DNA of 61,739 bases, the filler included, from Sanchytrium tribonematis (Eukaryota): the NCBI GenBank assembly GCA_018985235.1. It is 14 parts of 14 records of this genome, joined end to end, with 100 filler letters (N's around TTAATTAATTAA, not from the genome) between each part and the next. Parts side by side here need not be neighbours in the genome. Positions count along the whole stretch, not along the records: positions 21,644 to 24,661 come from JADGIG010000931.1; positions 24,762 to 27,777 come from JADGIG010000932.1; positions 27,878 to 30,876 come from JADGIG010000936.1; positions 30,977 to 33,988 come from JADGIG010000933.1; positions 34,089 to 37,092 come from JADGIG010000934.1; 9 more parts are not named here. One strand, 5' to 3'. The notes below the pieces were generated by a model that was not told the DNA's origin, did not search any database, and saw only the letters and a list, made by a program, of their open reading frames with translations. Position 1 is the stretch's first letter; each line of letters begins with the position of its first letter. Both the position numbers and the translations under genes were made by a program. Below are positions 23,068 through 35,407 of the stretch, piece by piece.

Positions 23068-24463
23068 ATGATGATTTTCCATTATTTAATCATCATTTCC
23101 ACATTTCTACATGTTTATTCCATCTCACCAGACTGTCCACTAGTCATAAGCCTTTTTCAAAGTCTCAATATGCATAACACCGATCCACTTGAATTCCGAC
23201 AACTTCCAACAAATTGCTGTGGATTTACAAGCACATCAAAGCACGTCAAAATATCCTGCAATTTAAATAATGTCACAGTCATCTCATTGGCATTTTTAAA
23301 GATCGATGGGACCATTTCAGCCCAATTTGTTCCACCCAATTTAAAACAACTTTTCATTACTTATAGCGAATCTTTGAAATGTACACTTCCAATCGGCCTC
23401 CCAGATTCCATTACGATTCTCAATTTTGTAGATTGTAGACTGACTGGCAATTTACCACCTTTACCTAAAAGTTTAACTTCTTTAACCCTGGATTACAATA
23501 ATTTAAATGGAACTCTGCCAACCCTACCAGTCAATTTAACATCCATCAAAATAAGTAATAATCAATTTACCGGTAATTTACCTACCATCCCCAATAAAGT
23601 CACTTGGCTCCAGATTTCTCATAATTTGTTATCAGGAAGTTTAAATTTTTTACCCAATTTAATCACAGATTTCTTGGGATATAATAATTTATTTAATGAG
23701 TCTATTTCTAAATTTCCGGATAAACTGCTTAATTTGTATATAGATGCTAATATGATTCCAGGTCCTCTACCAAATATTTGGCCAATTGGATTAAAAATAT
23801 TAGATATGAATACAAATCAATTAAATGGAACTATTCCCTCATCTCTCATCAATTCCAATGTCACTGAGATGTATCTATACAATAATTTACTGAGTGGCAC
23901 CATTGATGGCATTTTTAAAAGCTATATTTGCAGTTTAAGTAAAAATCAATTAAGTGGCGTCATTACAATTTCACAGCCTATTGTAGTGGATATTAGCAAT
24001 AATCAATTCACAAATGTCATTATATTTGATTATACCGACTTGAATTATTGCTCATTGGATAATAATCCATTAGATCTCGCTTTTGCAAATTCGTCATTTG
24101 CATCTTTATGTACTTTCACGACACTTCGTATTTTTGATTTATGTAGGACCAATTAAGAAATTGATTACAACGAGTCAAGTAGATCTAAATACGACTATTT
24201 ATGAGCCATCCATGAATTTGACATTGGGCACATTTCCAAACACGGAATTAAATTTGCAAAAATCACAAATATCTATTCCATTTGATCAAAAAGACGCATC
24301 ACATGCTGCTGTGTCTGCGAATATTACTGTATTTTCTGTATTTAGATGTATGATTGATTTCTTGTTGTTGATTGGATTAATTGTGAGATGCAAAAATGGA
24401 ATTAAGAATAGACATAAGAAAAGAACAGTGGTTTATAGCAGTATGAGTAGTCACAACTTTTAG
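23068..24463 (+). CDS. Receptor-like LRR protein (signal peptide, LRRs, Ser/Thr stalk, TM, basic tail; 2 exons)
   Basis: LxLxxNxLxGxLP repeats; intron 24128-24146 joins it to the TM-encoding ORF. Confidence 0.85.
24128..24146 (+). other. 19-nt intron
   Basis: GTATTTTTGATTTATGTAG; gives TTLR-PIKKL. Confidence 0.85.
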
Positions 24464-24589
24464 ATGCTAGAATAGATTAGTACATAGTAATTATAATAAA
24501 TTCTCTTGTCGTAAATCAAAACAGCCCCAATTAATGACCAAACAGATTTGTATAATATGGATATTTGAGATACATGTCAAAATTTATAA

Positions 24590-24611
24590 TGTTTACCCAT
24601 CCAATTCCCCC
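24590..24611 (+). repeat. Copy of the TIR of the MITE at 38341
   Basis: TGTTTACCCATCCAATTCCCCC is identical to 38344-38365; lies near a contig end. Confidence 0.8.
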
Positions 24612-24761
24612 ATCTTAATCAATCAAAAATACAACCTCCCCCCCCCCCCAAAAAAAAAAAANNNNNNNNNNNNNNNNNNNNNNNNNNNNNNNNNNNNNNN
24701 NNNNNTTAATTAATTAANNNNNNNNNNNNNNNNNNNNNNNNNNNNNNNNNNNNNNNNNNNN

Positions 24762-25602
24762 AGCAGACATAACTGGTCGTATTGATTTCATTAAATGGGG
24801 ATCCGATGGAAGGTCTAAAAGCATCTTTTGTGCTATTCAGCCTGTCTGCTAACCAAATTTCGATAGGATAATGGTGATAGCCTAAAAAGAGCGGTGGTAA
24901 TTTGGGTATAACATCAGCACCATGTGTAACTCGATATGTTTCTTTCGTTATTCTCGGGAGTAATAGAGCAGCTTCTTTATTTCCCACTCTTGGCGCACCG
25001 AAGCTAATAACTGAAATGCGATTAGGATCTACGAAGTCCATAAATACAAGCTGAAATGCAAACATTGGACCAAGTGCACCTCCAAGGCTATGTCCATTTA
25101 ATACTATCGTATAATTAGGAAAGCTCCAAATTGTTTTCATTAATTGTGGATACATTAAGTCATATGTTTCCTTGAAGACTTTGTGAAATCCAAGATGAAC
25201 TTTAACTTTAGAAGGCGAAATTCCAAAAGTTCGATTATTTGGCAAATCCATTGATACTCTGTAGAATTTTAGAAGGTGATTTTTTTGTTGAACGTTCTTG
25301 AGTCCACGAAATGTGACTATTATCTCTGCGTGTTTCGGATTTACAGCAATAAATGAATCCATTTTAAAATAATCGGTTGTAAAATTAATAAATTTCGTGA
25401 TCCCGGAAACTCTGGAAGACTTACACAATTTGCAATCATCAAACGATTTGTATCTTTCGGAGCAATACGATATTGCTGTATATTCCAAATATTTTTGTAA
25501 TCTTAATTGCAAATCAGGAGAGGCCACCCTTAATGATGAGTCGACAAGCGGGAAAAAGGCCCCATAATCTGCGGTAGTCAGTAGCAGCAAAAGAAAAAAC
25601 AT
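24762..25602 (-). CDS. Secreted class 3 lipase (3' truncated)
   Basis: VTFRG, VHLGF, GHSLGG, FGAPRVGN, DVIPKLP. Confidence 0.92.
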
Positions 25603-25769
25603 TTCGCGTAAAAAATATGCACTCAGAGGGGCAAGATGACCATTCACAAGACATTAAATTACGTAATACTTGAAATGCGACACCTCGAGGGTTTGAATTA
25701 AATTTTGTATTTTGTATTTCACAAGCTAATAATGGTCAACTAGATATACTCTTAATTTATTAGAAAAGG

Positions 25770-26180
25770 CTAAAAAATTCCAAATAAAATCAAAATTAGA
25801 AATGGCCAAAATACAGATGCAGCGCTACTTTCATGGTAAATTGGTCTAATTATTGCAAAAGTTTCCGTCTTGTACACATCAAAAGTGGAAGAACCATCTA
25901 CAGACTTACTTAATACAACAGACAAGCTATATTCTATAGTTTTAGATGGATCTAAATTAGTGACTTCTTTCACAGGACCATAAACAGACTCAAAATTTTT
26001 TGCTTCAATTTGTGGAGCTGTTGTTGGTGTTGGTGAAAGAATGGGTGAGTTATCATTTTGATGTTGATTTGAAGTACTTTTTTCATCAGGTTGATTCACG
26101 CTAGTTACTATTGCCAGATATGGAGATACTGGTGATTGGGGAGAATCATTTCTTGGACTTGTCTCAGCGATAGCACTCAT
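25770..26180 (-). CDS. Hypothetical Ser/Pro/Thr-rich protein with a C-terminal hydrophobic anchor
   Basis: 136-aa ORF ending SAASVFWPFLILILFGIF. Confidence 0.5.
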   Translation of the reverse strand: MSAIAETSPRNDSPQSPVSPYLAIVTSVNQPDEKSTSNQHQNDNSPILSPTPTTAPQIEAKNFESVYGPVKEVTNLDPSKTIEYSLSVVLSKSVDGSSTFDVYKTETFAIIRPIYHESSAASVFWPFLILILFGIF

Positions 26181-26279
26181 CTGAGTTATAAAAATTCAAG
26201 TTTCGAATTGATTTATGATTGAAATTAATTTTCAGATTGTCAATGAATTGAAGTTTTCAACAATTCCTGACAATATGGC

Positions 26280-27777
26280 ATGGATCTATTATACGATTTG
26301 TCGCGTTTGACAAATTCTCCTGACAAAAATAAATATTTGATGACGCTCCGAAATTATCAAAAGGATTGCATCATGGCCATCAAAAATGCAATCAAGAAAG
26401 GTATAATGAGGCAAATTATTTCAATGCCTGTAGGATCTGGAAAAACGTTCACTTTCGCGAATTTTTGCAAAGAATATGAGCCAAATACTAAAAAAACGTT
26501 AATTTTGGCTCATAGAATGGAATTGCTGAATCAGGCAGCAGTAACTTGTAAAATACTCATGCCCGAATCCAACGTTCAAATTGAGCAAGGACCTAAAAAA
26601 GCAAATGTTTCAAAGGCTGATATAATTGTCGCCAGTGTTCAGTCCCTAACAGCCAAATCTGGAAGGCGTTTGGTAAATTACGATCCTGAAGAATTTAAGG
26701 CTATTATAGTGGATGAATGTCACCATGCCGTTGCGCCATCATACAAGAAAATATTTACTCACTTTGGGTATTTTGACGAGGAAAGAAACTCTGAGATACC
26801 TCTTTTAGGATTTACTGCGACACCGAGCAGAGACGACTTTAAGCAATTGGGTGAAATTTTTGAACATCTTGTTTATCACAAAGATATTAAGGATTTAATT
26901 CAAAATAATTTTCTTTGCCAAGGCACAGTGGTCTCACTGAGATCAAAGACCGTAATAGAAGCTAATTTAAACTCTAAAAAGACCGATTTTTCTACTATAT
27001 CATTACAATATTCTGTCAACACAAAGAAGCGAAATAATTTTATTGTTGAGGCTTACAAAAATCATGCAATTAAAAGGAAATCTACACTAGTGTTTGCCGT
27101 AGATATAGCTCATGTTCATGATCTGGTAGAAGAATTTCAGTTGCACAATATTGATGCCAAAGGTGTCACCAGCAAAACTGATTTGGACGCTAGGAAAGAA
27201 ATAATTATGGGGTTTAGGAATAAGGAGTTTCCGGTGCTTATCAATTGCGCTATTCTAACAGAAGGGACAGATATTCCCAATATTGATTGTTTAATAATGG
27301 CACGACCGACACTTTCCTCGGTATTGCACCAACAAATGATCGGGCGCGGTTTACGATTGTCACCTGGGAAGTTAAATTGCAAAATTTTAGACATCGTAGA
27401 TGGATGCCAAGACCCCACCTTAACGCCCAAGAGGGTGAAATTAGAAACTGTTACTTTTGAGGTACCAAATACATTGGGACAAATATCCGAGAAACAGCAG
27501 GAAGAGGAATTACCGTTGAAAGACCGCAATATTAAAAATGCTCCTGATTCTTTGCTTAAAGACTTTTCGTGGGTTGAATATGACTTAATGGAAACCTTTG
27601 ACAGTAGGATAAATATTAACATTGATGAACCAATGAGAATGCCCAAAGACTCAGATGTTTCCAAGCCTAAGAAAGAAAAAATTTTAAGGAAATTGGAGTT
27701 TAAAAGGAAAAGAGACCCTAAAGATTTATTCATAGCGTTTCGAAATATCAAGGGCACGCGACTCAAATGGAATAATT
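26280..27777 (+). CDS. IRC3: Irc3-like SF2 (ResIII/DExH) helicase (3' truncated)
   Basis: LRNYQ, PVGSGKT, DECHH, GFTATP, LTEGTDIPNID, RPT, QMIGRGLR. Confidence 0.82.
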
Positions 27778-27877
27778 NNNNNNNNNNNNNNNNNNNNNNN
27801 NNNNNNNNNNNNNNNNNNNNNTTAATTAATTAANNNNNNNNNNNNNNNNNNNNNNNNNNNNNNNNNNNNNNNNNNNN

Positions 27878-27952
27878 TTTTGAGGATTCTAAAAATGATG
27901 TAGTGGTAGGAACGGACATGACCATGGATACCAATAGTAGAATAATTTGCAT
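27878..27952 (-). CDS. Secreted protein family, copy 3 (N-terminus only)
   Basis: MQIILLLVSMVMSVPTT parallels MHFILIYLTMVMAIPIT of copy 2. Confidence 0.6.
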
Positions 27953-28079
27953 TTCAAGGGGGACATCGAAATTTTAGTTAAAACATTTGGGGTAATTTGT
28001 ACAACCACGTGGCACATTTTCATTGGATATCAAAATCAGCGTGATTCTTGACATTTTAGCAGGTCCATGTCATCAAAAT

Positions 28080-30635
28080 TTATTGGATTCCAATTTGCAC
28101 TGATGCAGTTTGTGTAAAATTACCAATTTGAGATTGTGATTTTTTTTTTACTATAAATTATTTATTAGAATTAATCTACTTGTCTCAATAAGTTGATATG
28201 CAAATAGTAGAATCTTTGAAGGCATTGTTGTTTTTGTCCCTCGTTTAAGATTTGGTAATTTTTTAGAAAATGTTTGAATCTGAATCCATCTCCTTTCTCC
28301 TTTGTGACTTTATATTTAGTAATCTTGGATTTTAATTGGCTAAATTTGGCGTTATGATTGTGGCTAAGATAATCCACTAAATGATTGAGAGAATGTTTGT
28401 CGTTAACATCATGTCCTTTGACTTTGATGAATTGACAATTGGGTAAAAATGTTGAAAATTGAGAAATTAGATCAATGGAATAAATATTATAAATATTGTA
28501 GTTTGGGTTTTGATAATTGGCGATAATATTCATTGCAGCCTGTGAATCGGTATAAATTGAAATTTCATAATTATTTAATTCCATACTAAGAAGTGTTGCA
28601 CCAATAATTGCAATTTCTCCTCTAGTGGAGGTGTCAATATGTAGATTATTAAAATTAAATGTTTTCAAATAAAATTTGTTATGAAAAATAATGATGGAGC
28701 CACCGGAGGCATTGATTTTATCGTGCATGCTTGCATCAGTATATATGCAGCATTGATGAATGTCCAAATTGGCCTGTATGTCTTGAATTTTCTCTTTGAA
28801 ACTTGTAATTAATTTTAAATTTTTTTTTGGATTAAAAATGTCGCATTTTGGTATATTTGGCAAAGTATTTAAATGGGAAAGATGACATTTATACATTGAA
28901 TTTACAAATTTGTGTTCATCATTGCAGCTGGTGCAAGTTTTACCTTGTGGTGAAGGATAATTTCGTTTTAAAATAGATTGCATGAATGGAAATTTGTTAT
29001 AAAGATGAATTAATGTCTTATTTAAAGTAAAAGACATTTTAAATTTAGGTGAATAATATAATAAATTGGGTTTGTTGGCTTTTACACTAAGCTTATTGTG
29101 ATAGCGATTGATTAGTTCTTGCCAGCGATGCCCAAAAGAATCAAATTGAAATAAGCAGTGTAAATCGGAGTTTGGAAAATATCTTGGGATTGAGCAAAGA
29201 TTTCTGATAGATCTATTAATAAAAGCATTAATTTTATCTACACATTTTCTATTAATTTGAAACAAACAGAGTCCATACTCGATACATGGACGTACAAATG
29301 ATCCAAATGCACGTGCAAGATGTTGTAATTTTAAACTATTTCTGAAAATTCCACCGTGTCTGATTGATTTTAATTTCAATCGAGCTGCGGTCAAATTTCT
29401 TTCAATTTGGGGTTCAAGGTCTAATCCAAATTTGTTGATTTTGAATCCGAGCCAAGTCACAAATTTCAAATCAATTTCGCAGGTTTTAGATTCATTTAAA
29501 TGTAGCCCCATTTGATTTAGAGCGCAGTTAATGTGGTTTAGTAAATTATCTGTCTCATTCATGTGACAGACAAGTAGCAGGTCATCTGCATACCAGAATA
29601 AATGGCAATCTTGAATTGTGATATGTTTCGTGAAATGATGCACAACTGCCGTGAAAATGATGGGTGAAAGTACTGATCCTTGTAAGATCCCTCGATTAAT
29701 TTTAGCTACGCTTGATGTGTTATTTCCTATCTTCAATTGGATTGTCTGTTTTGTAACCAAATTTAAGATGATGGATTTGACAGAAGGGTTTAGATCGCTC
29801 TGGTTTATGTATTCTTTTATTTTTGAATGTGAAATAGAATCGAAAGCGGCTTCAATATCTGCCTGAATGGTTTTATAATTATAGATTTGGTCCCCAAGTG
29901 ATTCCACTAGTGTCATATAGGAGTAAGCTGCATCAATTGTCGATGATTGTGGTTTGTATGCAAACTGGTTGTTACCAGAGGTGCATTTGAGCATCACTTC
30001 TGTCTTTAATACAATCTCTAGTAGTTTTTTAGCCGCATTTGATAAACAAATGGGTCTATAAAATGTCAAGTTATTGAAGATCTTTGATTTGTTTTTGTGA
30101 ATGGGTCTGATATAGTTTTCATGAAAGATCTGTGGTGTTTTGCCGATTTGGATGGTAATATTGTAAATTTTATGAAGTAGATTGATCATAATTTGTGGTG
30201 TGATGCTTGCAAATGACAAATTCCCTTCATTCCATCCGTCACTGGCACATTTTTCTTAAAATCAAACCAATAAGCGTCTTTTCCATTTGATATGTATCCA
30301 CTAGCTTCAGTTAATGAGCCTGAATATAATGTGACATTATAATCTGAATTCAGACAAGTAAATATCAATTTGAAGTTATTATTTTGAGTAGATACAAAAA
30401 GCGTCTGCACAATAATGGAAATAGAATCACCTCTGTGAAATATTTGACCCATGGATGGTGATTTGAATCCAATTGAGTTTGTAATTCGCAATTCTGACTC
30501 ATTTGGGACAAAGTAGTTGTAGATCCACTGCGCTATACTTACAACAGTAATAATATTGGGTCCAGCTATCATAATGTCTTCCATGGTGATTGGTATTGCC
30601 ATGACCATTGTCAAATAAATTAGAATGAAATGCAT
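28080..30635 (-). pseudogene. Secreted protein family, copy 2, split by a LINE insertion
   Basis: The 5' part (30635-30199) ends GICHLQAS; the 3' remnant (28140-28080) reads SQSQIGNFTQTASVQIGIQ*. Confidence 0.8.
28141..30198 (-). mobile_element. 5'-truncated non-LTR retrotransposon (RT, Cys motif, RNase H) with poly(A) tail and ATCACA TSD
   Basis: YRPICL, DIEAAFDS, GILQGSVLSP, YADD, WLG; RNase H IYTDAS/GEI/YTDSQ/KVKGH; uninterrupted ORF; poly(A) at 28141-28149; TSD at 28135-28140 and 30199-30204. Confidence 0.92.
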
Positions 30636-30700
30636 TTGACGGGGAAGCACATTGGATTTTAATCAGCGTGATTGGGGGTCATTGTACGTTCTTTATTGAT

Positions 30701-30876
30701 TTATTCAATTAAAATGTCCATCGTTTTACTTTGTTGCAAATCCCCGTCTTTTGCTGTTTTTCTCACAACAGTGCCAGTAAGTTGGCATAATCCCTTCATG
30801 CCATCTACAACTTCTACATTTCTTGCAAAATAAAACCAACCTATTTGATTCTTTTTGGGTGACCAATGAGCTAAGT
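30701..30876 (-). CDS. Secreted protein family, copy 1 (C-terminus only)
   Basis: WFYFARNVEVVDGMKGLCQL aligns with WFDFKKNVPVTDGMKGICHL of copy 2. Confidence 0.75.
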
Positions 30877-30976
30877 NNNNNNNNNNNNNNNNNNNNNNNN
30901 NNNNNNNNNNNNNNNNNNNNTTAATTAATTAANNNNNNNNNNNNNNNNNNNNNNNNNNNNNNNNNNNNNNNNNNNN

Positions 30977-32950
30977 TGCTTTAATTTCTTCTTTTTCGGC
31001 TTTTGCACTAGATTTCGTAGTTTTATCACCTCTCAAGTTTTGAGCTTGTACCAATTGGTAAAAATCACCTCCTTTTGCCACTAATTCGTCATATGAACCA
31101 ACTTCACTTATAAATCCTTGATTCATAACTACAATTACATCTGCATCTTTGATTGTCGATAACCTATGAGCAATGATGAAAGTAGTTCGTTCTTTAGACA
31201 CGCGATCCAAGGCTTCTTGCACAATTTTTTCAGAAGTGCTGTCTAATGCAGCAGTAGCTTCATCTAAAAGCATGATTGCCGGATCTTTCATCAGGGCACG
31301 GGCGATAGCGATTCTTTGCTTTTGACCACCTGACATTTGCCCACCACGTTCTCCAACATAAGTCTCGAACTTTTTCGGGAATTTTTGGATAAAATCATAG
31401 GCGAGGGATAACTTGCAACAATCCTCAATTTTGTTCAAATTTTCTGATATAAGTCTCTCTCTTTCTTCAAAATTAAATTCCAAACTACCCAAAATGATGT
31501 TTTCTGCAATTGTTGTATCAAACAAAACAGGCTCTTGACTAACCAATCCAATTTGATCCCTCCACCACTTGGTATCCAAATCTGTTAAAGGTATCCCATC
31601 AACAATAATTTTACCTTCTTCTGGCTCGTAAAATTTTTGTAGTAATTGGACAACTGTCGATTTTCCAGATCCACTACTTCCGACTAAAGCAACCTTTTGA
31701 CCGGGATGAATTTTGAGATTAAATCCTTTAAGAACTTGAGAATCTGGTCTTGTTGGGTAGGTGAATTTCACATTTTGAAATTCGATCTCACCCTTAAAGT
31801 TTTCCTTTGCAATTTCTTTTCCTTTTGTAGGTTCTTTAATATTATTAACATTATCTCGAACAAATTCCCACGCTCCTTTGCCAGTGGATATATCAGCCAT
31901 AGCTGGTCCAATTTGACCTAAGGCAAAAGCTCCAATAAAAACCGCGAAGAAAACATTCAAGACATCTCCTGGAGTCATTTCTCCTGCAATTAGTCTATCC
32001 ACACCATACCAAAAGCCTAATGCGTAACTTCCAAATAAAATTAACATTAAACAAGCTATTGCCAATGATGACTTGATAGACCGATTAACGCCAAGCCTAT
32101 AAGCATCATTAATTTGAATCATAAACTTGGTATGAAAGTATTCTTGAGTGTGGTAAGCGAATACAACTCTCACATTGCTAAATACCTCTTGTGCCAAACC
32201 TCCTGCGTTTGCGTAACTTTTTTGAGCTTTTTCGGCAGCCTGACTAGTTATTTTTCCAAAAAATCCCATGCTTATTGCGATGAGTGGTGCAACTGACAGC
32301 ATCACCAGAGCCATTTTATAGCCTTTAATTATGCCTATTATAAATCCAGTAACAAAAGTCGCAAGTGCCTGAAATGGGACCGGATATCGGTCAGAAATTC
32401 CTTCCTGAATTAAACTTAAGGAACTAACTAAATGAGTTGTCAATTCCCCAGGCTTGTGAGCGTCATGATAACTAACTGATTCATTTAACAAGCTTTTTAG
32501 ATAGAGAAGTCTTAATCTCCTAGTAATGCACTCACCTGTATACATCCAAAATCCTTCTTGTACATAAGAAAAGAAGAAAACTACAGCGCCGACAATAGAG
32601 AGCCACATTACAACTGTTCTTATCTCGTCCTCTAAAGTTTTCTGAGCATCTGATCGCTTTTGCTCGAAGCTGCTACCGAGCAAAGCCTCGTTACCTGTGA
32701 TAGATCCATATGTAGTGAACGCATTAATCGCATTACCCATAAAAATTGACTGTAGTGGTAAGGCAGCCCCGAACAAAATGGCCCCAATTACACCCACCAA
32801 CATCATTGTTATTTCTTTTCCATCTGAGTATTTCTTAAAAATTTCAAATAATGACGCACCAGACTTTTTACGCCCCATTGTTAACGATATGGGATGCTTT
32901 GCTTTATAAAACGACTCAGCCCCAATCAACTGACGAGTATGAAATGCCAC
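30977..32950 (-). CDS. ABCB/MDR P-glycoprotein (N-terminal half, truncated)
   Basis: TM domain, then GSSGSGKS, VSQEPVLF, MSGGQKQRIAIAR, LLDEATAALD, IAHRLST. Confidence 0.95.
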
Positions 32951-33207
32951 ATTGGCGATGTAATTCGATAATACATCTTGATTTGTCTATGCGCTTAGAC
33001 CAAGTGATAAGAGGTCGTTCATCTTGCTTGTGCAAATATGGATGCCTTGGTTTAGTTGGACTGCAATTTTAAATCTTATAATTGTCATGCAAATTTATTC
33101 GTGTTTCCAAACCCTGTTTAAATTTATTTGCATTTAAATTTCATTAAATTATAAATGCCTTTATATACCGCAAATCTTATAATTATCCTTGCTACAATTG
33201 GGGATCG

Positions 33208-33912
33208 ATGATTAGCGCCATCAAGGAAATTAGAAAATTGAAGCCATTAGTTGGGATGTCTAGAATTAAAGCCGTTCTACAGCAGCACAACAATGATGTT
33301 AATGAGTCACTTCAGTATCTAGAAAAGAATGAACTGCAGTTTGGAAAAAATCTTTATGAAACAAAATTGAAAGACAGGATAGTGAAATTTGGAACAATTG
33401 ACTATTTCAGAAATGCAGAAAAATGGATAGTATATGCCACATGGTGTGAAACTGATTTTGTTGCAAATACTAAAGAATTTCAGTCATTAAGGTCAATGCT
33501 TGGAATTTCTTTGGCTAATCAAAATTCAGTCAACACAGAGGATAATATTGAAGTTGATAAAATGTTGTTTAAGCACATGGGATATTTGAAAGAATTAGTC
33601 AGGGTCAAAATTGAAGATAGAGGCAAATTAAGGAACAATTTATTTGTTAGCTTTTATCAACATGATTCTCAAAGGCTCTGCATAGCTATAACATCAAAAT
33701 TTGTTTCTGATATTATCCCCAAATCATTATTTGCTCATGGTCGAGAAGGTCTTTTGCTTAATTCTGATTGTAAAATTTCAGACTTTTTAGATGAAAATGA
33801 TACGGACCTCTTGAGTTTTAAAATAATAGACATGCAGAATAAAGCTTTTCAATTGTATTCAAGTATGACTGATATTAGAAATAGAATTTGTACCTTCTGT
33901 ATTTCCTTGTAA
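33208..33912 (+). CDS. TSF1: Mitochondrial elongation factor Ts, divergent
   Basis: N-terminal UBA-like IKEIRK...KAVL...SLQYL and CETDFVA motif. Confidence 0.7.
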   Translation: MISAIKEIRKLKPLVGMSRIKAVLQQHNNDVNESLQYLEKNELQFGKNLYETKLKDRIVKFGTIDYFRNAEKWIVYATWCETDFVANTKEFQSLRSMLGISLANQNSVNTEDNIEVDKMLFKHMGYLKELVRVKIEDRGKLRNNLFVSFYQHDSQRLCIAITSKFVSDIIPKSLFAHGREGLLLNSDCKISDFLDENDTDLLSFKIIDMQNKAFQLYSSMTDIRNRICTFCISL

Positions 33913-34979
33913 CTATAATCTTGCGACATGATTTGTTGAAAATGGTGTCACTTCAATTTCACATCTCCTCTTAAACAAACTAATTCCCNNNNNNNNNNNN
34001 NNNNNNNNNNNNNNNNNNNNNNNNNNNNNNNNTTAATTAATTAANNNNNNNNNNNNNNNNNNNNNNNNNNNNNNNNNNNNNNNNNNNNGAATTTGTGGCT
34101 TGATTGAGTTGTTCATTTATAAAAATGGGGACAATCCATCCCAAGAAATGTAATTTATTGGACAATTTATCCCCAAAAAGATGATGAATTGGGATTGGTT
34201 TTAGCGTTGATAATATATTCACGAAAAGCTAACGTGAATTCCACAATTTTGATTGGTTCCCAATAAATAAACATCTCTTTCCCCACAAAAAAGACTTTAA
34301 ATTCTAACTGGGAAATTCCAATCGATCCAATCTTTTTATATTAGAGGTCACTGATCTTTTCAATATCTTATGTACATTTACATTGCGTCAAAAACAACCA
34401 ATAAGAGTTTATGGGATGGCAGATTAGATATCATTTGATCAAATTCCTTCATTTTGCAATCATCCCAAATTGTTTTGTTTGCATCCCAAATTGTTTTGCC
34501 ATTCGTCAAAATGCTGTTTTAATCTAAGACGGTTTCAATGCGTAGAGATGTTGATTACTTTAAGAAATTCACAAAATTCTAATGAATCGAGTTGATTGTT
34601 TTCAAATTTAAATAGATTTTATTCCATTGGTTAGTTGTAATTTTAGTTCATGTTGAAATGTAAACAAAACGTCCTCATTGGGGAGCCTCTTGGTGTTCCG
34701 ACGTGGTTTTTTCGGAAAAAAGATCACATTATTATTTTCTAATTCTAATTCAAATAAAAGCCCTATTTGGTCTGAGATATCAAATCTTTCCATAAATTCG
34801 GGGTTTGATGGTCATTTTTTAATAATCGAGAAGAAATGGGTCGCTTTATTTGAGAAAAACACAATTGCGACTTATTGGAAGTGCCAGTTGGTGGCATAAT
34901 TTGGTAATTTGTCAATACCGATGCTTTTTACTTTGGTTGTGATTTTGTCGCCTTTTTAATAGGTGAACACATCACGAAA

Positions 34980-35073
34980 TTGACTTGGATTTGGATTGAC
35001 AAATCCAATTCCAAACCTACTGGAGTTTTGCAGTTTTCCCAGATCAGGATTTGTCAATCCAAATCCAAGTCAA
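34980..35073. repeat. 27-bp perfect inverted repeat with a 40-bp spacer
   Basis: TTGACTTGGATTTGGATTGACAAATCC (34980-35006) and its reverse complement (35047-35073). Confidence 0.9.
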
Positions 35074-35407
35074 ATCCGAACAAATTTGGAAATCGAAGGA
35101 CATCTCCTCAAAACATCAAAGTCAGAAAAAATAAAGACGATTCTAACTATGCACCTTTAAACAATTTCGTCATCAACTATCAGGTTATAAGACTACGTGA
35201 AAAAGGGCCACTATGCACCCGTTTATATAGTTGATGTACATCTAAAATAATGTTTTCCAGATTTTGTTTGGTTACAATGTAGCCGTTGTACGTTAGTTGC
35301 CTTCTAATACATTTAGTTAAGTCTCAAGCTAGATTTAGGCGTGAATTTAATCTTATATATTTTTTTAATCGATTTTAGTGTATTACTTCACTAGTCCTTC
35401 AAACAGA

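Noticed and set aside
27137..27766. 209-aa antisense ORF, and similar ones such as 36398-36814
   Set aside because: They are antisense shadows of recognisable genes with no motifs of their own.
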